Part shown: positions 54,240 to 64,000 of the stretch, in pieces
Position numbering within the stretch: position 1 is the stretch's first letter
Layout: the number at the start of each line of letters is the position of its first letter
Assembly (NCBI RefSeq): GCF_001194135.2
Contig: NC_068988.1
Coordinates: 27,871,430 to 27,935,429 of the forward strand
Direction of reading: 5' to 3'
DNA: 64,000 nt
Source: Octopus bimaculoides
Taxonomy: Eukaryota
Program-made: the position numbers and the translations under genes
The notes under the pieces: generated by a model
Database searches by the model: none
What the model saw: the letters and a program-made list of their open reading frames with translations, nothing else
Told to the model about the DNA's origin: nothing

Positions 54240-56254
54240 GTAATATTTAAGGCTTTATCTTGCTTCTTTATTAAGCCTTTTACCAGTTCTAAAATAGGTT
54301 ATTTCAAAAAAAACTAAAATAATCCCAACAATTGTATTAGAGAAAATTTGTCTGGCTACATTTGTACTAAAGTGAGTTTAGATTTTAGTTAGAAAGTTGA
54401 CAAAAATACACTGACATTTTTCAGGCACTCTCTAAAATATTTCAATTCCATTCACATAAATATTTTATTGTATAATTCAACAAATCCTTTGTATTTATGT
54501 CACCAGCAATGAGATTAATCTATTGTTTTGTACAAATCTTTTATAATGTCATCCTCAAAAGGATTAATATTCCCTGTATTTAGAATGTCTTCTCTCTCCT
54601 TAGCTGTTTCTGTGTCCCATGTTACAATTCAGTCATTATTGTTTTCACTTAATTATTTACTGCACAACAAAGACCTCATAACATTCTTACAGGTTTGGCT
54701 GTGTGGTTAAGAAGCTCGTTTTGCAACCCTGTGGTTTTGGGTTCAGTTTCACTGCACACTACCTTGGGAAAATGTTTTCTACTATAGCTCTGGGTTGACC
54801 GATGCCTTGTGAGTGGATTTGATAGATGAAAACTGTGGAAGCCTGTTGTATGTGTTTGTGTTTGTCCCCTCCTACTGCTTGACAACTAGTACTGGTTTGT
54901 TTGCATCACCATAACTTAGCAGTTCAACAAGAGAGACTGATGGAATAAGTACTAGACTTAAAAAGTAAGTCCTGGGGTTAATTAGTTCAACTATAACTCT
55001 TCAAGGCGGTGCCCCAGCATAGCCATAGTCCATTGACGAGAATTTCTGAGACTGGTAGAAAGAAAGGGAAGAAGGAAGGAATAAATCATAGATTGTTGCA
55101 GACCCTAAATTTGTTTCAAATACCTGTAACAGAGTGGGCTCTGCTAAAGGTACTCTCATGTCACATGGTAGTGTCAAACTGTTTGATGGATTTAGTTTAC
55201 CACCCAAAGCGTATACATTCTATTATTCAGTTTTTGTAGGTGCCCTCTTACACCAAAATGCCTGTTCTTGCACCTCTGTCAATAGAGTAACCATGTATCT
55301 CCCCTACAGCAAGACATTTGTTCCTGTACCTATATCATACTTCTTATTACCTGGCATAAAACCGTCTCCCTCAATACTACTCCATTGTCAGTTGAGGATG
55401 TCTTGTCTTGTGAGTTATTTGGCGACCTCACTGGTGTTGGTGCTACAGAAAGACCCCCAACATACAACTGTAGAGTGGACGGTGTTAGGAAGAGCATCCA
55501 ACAGTAGAAACCATGCCAGTGAAGACATTGGAGCTTGATGCAGTCTTCTGGTGCACCAGCTCCTGTCAAACTATTCAATCTATATCAATAATGAAAACGC
55601 ATTAAATTAGATGACGATGATGATGATTCCATCTCTATTCCTAGGTACTCACAGCATTCATTTACAGCCACCTATCAGATATCTTTTACTCTTTTCATTT
55701 AATCATCACCAGATTTTCTTTTATTGTTTCATTATTGATGATGTCCAGTGGGATTTTAATTGTGTTAGTTTCATGTGTTTACAATTATCGACATGAATAT
55801 TGTTGCTATGTAAGAAGTATTGTGTACATAACGACCATGTCTGCAGTTGTTTCTCCTCCGCCATTTCCTCCTCCTTCTTCGTTATCATCATAAAATGATG
55901 AGTGAATGTCTGCTTATTAGGCACAGCTGTGTGGTTAACAAGCTCTCTTTGCGACTGCATGGTTTTGAGTTCAGTCCCATTGTGTGGAAACTTGGGCAAG
56001 TGTCTTTTACTATAGCACCAGGCTAACCAATTCCTTGTGAGTGAAAGTTAATTAAAAGTTTATTTATTATTCATTAGTAATATTTATAAAGACACAGTGA
56101 AGTGTCTAACTCCTTAATCAATCATCTGTTTTATCATCATCATAATTTATTTAATAAAGTTAGGTGTGGACAGAAGGTCATCTCAGAATGTTGGGCATCA
56201 CATAGAAACGAATAGTATAAGGTAGGCTTGTCCAACCCAATAGAGTATGGAAAA

Positions 56255-56585
56255 ACTTACTCAAGCCTTTTGCTCTCTATGGAGCATAAGCCATTGATGA
56301 CCTTTCTCTACTGTCCTCAACTCTGGGCTGCCCCTTCCAGGTCTTATTGATTTTGTATAATCATCAATGCTTCTGTAACTTCACTCTTTTCTAGTTAGGG
56401 TTGTTGGCCTTATGCAAACCCAGTTTTACCTTTAGGAAGAGCTGGTCCGTATTAGTGTGGCTACTGTTCTTTGACCTGTCCAGCATGGGAGGTCCTACCA
56501 GAAGCTTGCACTCCACTGGCATAGCTCTCAGGGTTGTTGAGACAAACATGCCACCTCACCACAAGGACAGGGCCTTGAGGTGGAC
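56255..56585 (-). mobile_element. Bipartite RTE derivative, copy 3
   Basis: Same 5' part and junction CATCAATGCTTCTGTAA, with a shorter 3' part. Confidence 0.65.
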
Positions 56586-56643
56586 ATGATGAGATTGGTA
56601 AAAGAATTAGGGGTTGGAGAAGATATTTTGTATGTATGGAATA

Positions 56644-56682
<39 letters not shown>

Positions 56683-59600
56683 TGTTTGCATTAATTTGTG
56701 AATATACCATTGTATTGCATAATGCTGTGCTTACATATTAATGCAAACAGGTATGTGTAATTTTTTGCATATTGTAATTCATTCTACATTAAAATGGTTA
56801 CAAAATGGCCAAAATCATATGGAAAAATAAATCCATCTTCACCTCTCACCCCTCATGACTTTATATACACATTATATACCCTTGGTCGTATATAAGTCTA
56901 CTGCAATTAGAGTTGGCCTCTTACAACATTGTAAAACCATTATTATCCCTTTTTGATGTCAACATGCCTGAAACCGCCCTTGGTTCTGTCATAGGAAACA
57001 CCATTTGGAGATGTTTATTTTTGTGTCGAAACATCTTAGAATTTTATAAAAGAAAGATAAGTGGTGTCCTTCTTTTCCAATCTTCCATGAAAAATACATC
57101 TGGTCATGGGGAAATGTTATCGGAAATAGGTAAGGGTTGGCAACAGGAAGAGCCTTCAGCAGTAGAAAATCTGCCTCAACAAATTCAGTCCAACCTATTC
57201 CAACATGGAAAAGTAGATATTAAAACAATGACAAAAAAGATGATGATGATGATGAGAAACTTTTTTTTTTGTTGTTTCACATCAGCAGCTTCAAAATAGA
57301 GAAATTAGTTATTTTGCTAAACCTCTCCAAATTGTTGATTATTTTAAAAGATAACTGAAATTCATGGGTAATGAACCCATCACAAAAAGAATTTTCTTGA
57401 AAACCTCACCTCTTTATGCTCGCTTTCCCCCTCCTCGTCTCTCATTATTGGAATGGTTGATTTATTTCAGTGAAGAAAGAGGATGTTTTGTTGAAAAATA
57501 TTTCAGTTGATTGTAACCTTTTCTGGCTACAACTGTCGAGTGTTTTACTCATTAATAACAAATGATAAAAGTTTACAAGTATAAATTAGTATACACACGC
57601 AAGTGCCTGTTGACTGATTGACTAATGTCCTTTTAGTCAACTATTATATATTACACTGAAGCAAGTACAATTAAATATTAGGCTATCTTACTGATAAATT
57701 GATAGAATGCTAAGTAAATATATTTGCTGTGGGTGTTGTTAGATTTGCATTGTTTTTGTTTGGAGTTAGTGGTATAAAAACCACATATAACAAGTGACAT
57801 TAGTATGTTACATGTTCTTGTGAATTATTATTCATTCCTGTATCGCGTGATCTTACTTGTCCAATGTCTTTATTCCACTTCACGTGTATTCACCACCTTG
57901 TAACTTGAGGGTATGCCATAGTAGGGAAGTTCACTCAATTGCAGGTATTAAGGCCAGCTCCCAAATGTGAGGATACATTCTTCTTTCACTTCCTTCCCTA
58001 TCAGTCTCACAGACCCTGTGAAGGATCATGAGTATTACCATTCCACCTGAAACTAATCCTAGATATTAGTTGAAGTAGAATATAGAAGAAATCCACTCTA
58101 AATATAACAAAAAGGATCAAAGGTCCTTCCCAAGCCATAGGCTCTGAAGGCTGGCGTCCTAGATTCTGTTCATGCATTATTCTGCACTTGAGAATAGATT
58201 ATCCCCATGTCTGTCTGTCTGTGTATGTATGTATGTATGTATGTATGTATTTTTGTATGTATGTATGTATGTATGGAAAATTTATCAGTAGCCAGCCATG
58301 AGACCCAAACTCAAATTTCTGATTACCCTGGCCATTGACACATTTTCCTGCAATATAAGGATAATATTCTATTGAAGCTATTTATGAATTATTCTGTGCT
58401 TGAGAATAAATTCCCTCTATATCTGTATATTTCAATACATCTCAACACTTCCTGCAAAGCTTACTTTGTTCACACACACACACACACACACACTCACACT
58501 CACACTCACACACACACTCACACACACACTCACACTCACACACACCGTTTAACGTTCATTTTCCATGCTGGCATGGGTTGGACGGTTCAACTGGGATCTG
58601 GGAAGCTAGGAGGCTGCACTAGGCCCCAATCTGTTCTGGCAGTGTTTCTACAGTCCCCTTCTGGATGGGATGAAACAGCAGTCTGTCACAGGTTTAATCA
58701 TTTTTGCCAGCTGGGTGGACTGGAACAATGTGAAATGAAGTGTTTTGCTCAAGAACACAATACATCACCCGGTCCAAGAATTGAAACCACAATCTTACTA
58801 TCATGAGTGCAACCCCTTAACCACTTAGTCATGTGCCTCCTGTAAGCCTTGACCATAGGTTTTCCAACTTCTCCATTCTAACAACTTCCATTTCTATAAA
58901 TCTTACATGTCTTGAAAGTTGTTGAAATGATTCTTGACTTGGTTTCCCGGAAATTGGAGCTGTCTATAAATCATTAAACTGCTTGAGTTTCACTCCCCCT
59001 GTACGAGGTGAAAATGGATGAGTAAAGTAGTGAACTCCCACTTTATAGGTTATGAAATTATGTTGATTATGAACCTTTTGTGATACCTATGTAGTCACTT
59101 AGTTTTGAAGAACAGGCACCGGGTTTTGTAAAGTTTTGAAATCACCGACTTTCTTATCTAAAAATGTGATTTCTCTCTTTATTTAACAGCACGGAGTCTA
59201 CAGTTAGCTTTATGAGTTCCTTCAACTGTAATATTAAGTATCAGTAAAGGTGCTAGAAAGGTGGTGAGCTGGCAGTTTAGCATGTCAAACAAAATGCTTC
59301 GCAGCATTTCTTCCAGCTCTTTTCAAGTTCAAATCCTGCTGAGGTCAACTGTACCTTTTGTCCCTTTGGGGGTCGATAAAATAAAGTATCAATCAAATAC
59401 TGGGGTCAATGTAATTGACCTTAGTTCTCCCCTCAAAATTGCTGACCTTGAACTCTGCAAACCCTGAAATGGACTGTTCAGGAGAATATTGTCATATCAG
59501 CTACCTATATGCTATGAAAACTGGTTGACTGGCCCCTATGAGTCTTAAGGCTCAAGGAAAGGTACCAATATTTACAGATGCCATGTTATGAATTCGGCTT

Positions 59601-60389
59601 CTTTTACAGCTGCTTATTCTATATTAGCTTATAATTCAGAGCCACCACAAAGATAATATGTTATTTAGAGCCACCACAAAGATAGTATGTATTCAGGGCT
59701 CTCTGATCTGTTTCTTGAATAATAAAAAAAAAAAAAAACAAGTTAACATTTATGCATATTGCAGCCATGCAATTTATATATTTTATAACCTACATATTTA
59801 ATCTTGATTCAATCTAATAATACACAATTGTTCTAGATTGATAAGCTATCTACTACTGAAACATTTCTTTGCACTTGCTGTTTTTGTAAACAATTCCTTG
59901 TAGTTTTGTGGGGTGACTTTGTTACTACAATTTCCGACATTAATAAATTGATTCTCTAGAAAATTCCTCACTATTTCTCTCATGATGTTGGCAACAAAAA
60001 TAACTGGATATAACACCACCACACACACACACACCTCCCTCTCATAATTATAGCAATAGAAATGTCTAAGGCAGGTACTCACTGGTCTCATGGAAATTTT
60101 TTTTAGAAAGGATTAAAGCCTTGGGTCACACATCCCAATATCAAGCATTCAAATTATGTTCTCAGCCAACCATATTATTCCACTTATCTTAATCAGTGTA
60201 GCTGAAAATAAATACCATTCTCATTTTGTAACTTAGTATTTAGTTTTAATTCATTCATTAAATTTTTAATAAGAGGATTACATTTTGGTATTATAGGCCA
60301 ATAAGCTATTTCACAATTCCCATTTAATTCAGCGTTCTACCAAGTTCTTCTGATAGTGTTCTACTAAGTTGTTCCCTCCTTTGCTATAT

Positions 60390-61110
60390 TGCCAAGAAAG
60401 TCAGTTAAGAACTGTACAGTGTCTTTCCTGGCATCAGTGTTCAGATGGAAATGCTTTATTCTTTTCCACTAAATGATTCTTACTGATCCATTTGACTATT
60501 GTAACTGTTAATATTTGATATGGCGTTCAGTTGATCAAGAATCTCTCTTAGAACAAATATGTTCAGTCCATTGCCATGTCAGCTGCCAAAAAGGTCTGAT
60601 CACTCTTCCATGCTTGCAGGATTCTTAGACCCGAGAGTATCTTGTATAAGGCCACCATTCAACCTTGCATTGAATATTGCTGTTGACTTTGGGCTGATGC
60701 CTCCCCTGAATCTCTTCACTTAAACAAACTCAGAATGATGTTGTCGACATAGTGGGTCCTCTTGTTTTTATTCAGTTGAAATATTTGGCTCATTATCAAA
60801 ATGTATCTTTATGTCTTCTCTATCAGTATTTCTATGTTCATTACACTCAACTTTCTTGTCAAGTTCTCGCTGTTAAGATCTTCAAACATTTCCCCCACTC
60901 TGAGTCATGTGTCCTTTTATTCTAGTATCTTGTGTCATGAAACTGCTGCTCTCTGGAACACATTACCATCATCTTCTTTTCCTCTGTTCTATGATATTCA
61001 GTCCTTTAAGCTTTCTGTAAATGAACATCTTTGGAATTCATAGGACCTTTCTTTTCTTTCTTTATAGTCTTTATGCTACAGTGGCCTCAAGCCTTGTTTA
61101 GGAAAAAAAA
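60390..61110 (+). mobile_element. Decayed 3' fragment of a CR1/L2/Jockey-group LINE
   Basis: ILYKATIQPCIEYCC*LW and TAALWNTLPSSSFPLFYDIQSFKLSVNEHL remnants. Confidence 0.7.
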
Positions 61111-61792
61111 AAGCAAATTTATAGAACCCTCCTCTCCAATTTTAGCATTTGAAGCTTGATATAGAAAAATGTTGTTTTTTTTTTTCCACGGAATGTTTCT
61201 TCAGCATATTTTAAAGAAACTAGGAAGATTCTCTGACATAAACTGTTATTTTGTCTCAACCTTTGTTCAATAACTTCTTTGCTGATGTCCATATTAAGTA
61301 TTCATTGAACTCTTTTGTAATTGCATTATCATGGGTTTTTTTCTTCTTCTGTGGAATGTGCAGGAGGAAGAGGAGGAGGAGTGGGCATTTACCAAAATCT
61401 TTGACTTTGAACTCTTAATCACATGAACTGTTTGACCTCTCTGCAATTGGTTGTCTTTATCAAAGCTTTATCTCATTTTTTAAAAAAAAATGTTTTTATC
61501 AAATGCAGTATTAACTATACCAGTATTATCTAAATGTGTTCACATAAAATTTACTTTAATTAGTCAGTCCATTTTAGCTAAAGGGGGTGACTATTTGACA
61601 ATAATCAGTTAAAATAGACTATTCCATTTCTAGATTATTTCTTAATATTTCAATATTCAGCATATCTTATTGCATTTTGATAAAACTATGCAGTATATAT
61701 TTTTGCATCTAACAGTATCCTTCGTTAATTATATTGAAAACAGTTTGTTTTCAAAGTAATTACATGTCGGCGCCTCATGGTCTAAACATTTG

Positions 61793-61988
61793 ATGAGTGA
61801 GTGCACATTGAAAATAGTTCAAGCAGCAATGTCTGTCTTTGAATATGAAAGCTCTCCAAATTTTACAATTAATAATACTCAAAATGATTTCTCCAAACTG
61901 ACACGTCTGCAACGTCTTGATACTGTACGTTATGGTATAGCAAACTTGTTATGGTTTCGGACAGAGCAAAAGCCTAAAATGAAAAAAG
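61793..61988 (+). CDS. Candidate alternative first coding exon of Milton/TRAK (MSECTLKIVQAAMSVFEYESS...KPKMKK)
   Basis: ATG at 61793 with an in-frame stop upstream (61757). There are 65 open codons plus 1 nt before AAG|GTGGGT, a phase-1 donor matching the phase of the 44918 donor. No transcript evidence. Confidence 0.4.
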
Positions 61989-63179
61989 GTGGGTGACATT
62001 TTTATATTGTCTTACAGTGTGTCCTGTTTAGACAGCAATGTAACCAATTATGTGAATGTCCACTTTCCCATGCTTGTATAGGTCAGACAAAATTTGTTGA
62101 GGTAGATATTCAATGACCAGACACTCTTCCTGTCACCAATTCTCACCCGTTTCCAAGCAAGGTAATATTTTCCCATGATCAGACATGTTTTCCACAGAAA
62201 ACTAGAAATGAACAATATCATTTGTATTATGATAATACTTGTTTACAATAATCATATGATGTAAAGACAAGGGCACACACGCATGCACGCACACACACAC
62301 ACATATTTATATGACCGGTTTCTTATTTCTTTATTGCCCACAAGGGGCTAAATACAGAGGGGACAGACAAAGGAATTAAGATGATTACATCGACCCCGAA
62401 AAGATGAAAGGTAAAGTTGACCTCAGCGGAATTTGAACTCAGAATGTAACGGCAGACGAAATACCGCTAAGCATTTCGCCCGGTGTGCTAACGTTTCTGC
62501 CAGCTCACCACCTTTATTTATGCGACGGGTTTCTGTCTACCAAATCCACTCACAAGGCTTTTGTCAGCCTAGGTCTATTTGTAAAAGACACTTGCCCAAA
62601 GTGCCATACAGTAGGATTGAACCCAAGCCCACATGTTTCAGACACAAGCTTCTCAACCATGCTGCCATACCTACAACAATATTTATTAGAAAAATGATAG
62701 TGGTATATCTATAGCTTAACATAGACAGTCTTTGGTTATAGTTACTTCATCAATGGTCATAAATGTAAATCAGGACAGCCAGGCAATTTATAATTTACAG
62801 TAACTCTATGTGAGTGAGTGAAACTTCACCACATCTGCACTTTAGTGAAATTATTGTAAATTGCAAAAGATTGTCCCTTATAATTACTTTTAACATTTAC
62901 ACTTTAGCTATATTAATGCAAATTGCTAAACATATACTAAACATAATTACTGTTAATGATGTTGATAAGATAGATACAAAAAGAAGGGCGTTATTATATG
63001 AAATGCTGTTTTATTCATCTGAATCTTTATGGACAAAGGAAAGTATCTTCGGTCTTCAATAGATTGGTCTATTCTTTCTAGCATAGAAATAGCAGGCTGA
63101 TAGGTCAGTCCAGACACCTTATAATAGTTAGATTGGTTTACTCTAGCTTTTGATTCAAGAGATTTTAAAAGGACATGTA

Positions 63180-63660
63180 TACTGTCCATTTTTCCATCCA
63201 TCTTCTCCACCCAGTATTCCCGGGAGGGCCATGGGGGTAGAGTCCTTGGGTACCTCCCCCATAGAGTCCTATCAGAAGCAACCATTATTACACTTACCTG
63301 CTGCATTCCCATGTATGACCAACTCAGACTATGGATATTATCCAACCATCTCATTCTTGGTCTACCCCTAAATCTTCTGCTGGCTGGCATAGCTTGACTT
63401 GGCTTGAAGAATCTGTTTTGCAATTCTTTCACTGTGACATTCTAATAACATGTCCATAGTACTGGAGCTGTGACTTCTCAGTGCAGAGAAGTTGTGGCTC
63501 AACCTGGAGAGACCCCCTGATCTCCAAGCTGTGCACCCTGTTGAGTAACATTAATCCATATATCCTTCTGAGGAACCTCATTTCAGCTGCTTGTACCAAA
63601 TTAAAAAATCATCAGGAGTATTGGTTTCTATGTGTGGTTTCTACAGACGTGCCATTTAAT
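63180..63660 (-). mobile_element. 3' fragment of an RTE-clade LINE
   Basis: VQAAEMRFLRRIYG...QLQYYGHVIRM followed by GRPRMRWLDNI, typical of the RTE reverse-transcriptase C-terminus. Frameshifted. Confidence 0.85.
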
Positions 63661-64000
63661 GTAAAATTAGGGAGTGATTCATTATGTATTAATATTTCCT
63701 AGCTAGGTAATGTTTAGGTGATAGTGGAACTAGTTCAAGCATTGGAGAGCTATACTAGAAGTTCTGTAGATACGTAATTTGTTGCTACATGCTTCTGGTT
63801 CAAATCCCATCAAGATTGACATCAACTTCTGAGATCATTAATCATTTAGTGATCATCATCAGTATTCAGATTATTCTGCCAAATGTAATGTTTGTTTATA
63901 TTGTTTTAAGTTAATCATGCATAATATTGTAGCTTAGAGATTCTGATGATGTGATTTAATTTTAAAATGATACTGTAGGGTAGTGGCTAGCACTATATAT

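Noticed and set aside
59198-59260. Acceptor-like site as the next TRAK exon
   Set aside because: It does not encode the expected LCxxRxxQMTKTY continuation.

Overview
This is AT-rich eukaryotic DNA dense in microsatellites and SINEs, with four N gaps. The repeat landscape looks like an octopus (coleoid cephalopod) genome, but that is inferred from pattern recognition, not from a search. The window appears to be almost entirely intronic sequence of one + strand gene, a Milton/TRAK (trafficking kinesin-binding protein, HAP1_N family) ortholog. One exon is unmistakable (44715-44918, VCNRADLPEVEILSLLEEQIPKYKLRADT...EETLKYF). A second exon (38271-38491) splices in frame to it. The next conserved exon (LCxxRxxQMTKTY) was not found and presumably lies beyond base 64000. 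The intron after the conserved exon holds two candidate alternative first coding exons ending in phase-1 donors (54197-54239, 61793-61988). The rest is mobile-element debris: several tRNA-derived SINE families; 3' fragments of R4/Dong-like, HERO-like, RTE and CR1/L2-group LINEs; bipartite RTE derivatives; piggyBac-, hAT- and Merlin-like MITEs; and a non-autonomous Helentron. Two degenerate minimal hammerhead-ribozyme motifs of the Penelope type are also present. Repeat boundaries are approximate unless a TSD or TIR is quoted.
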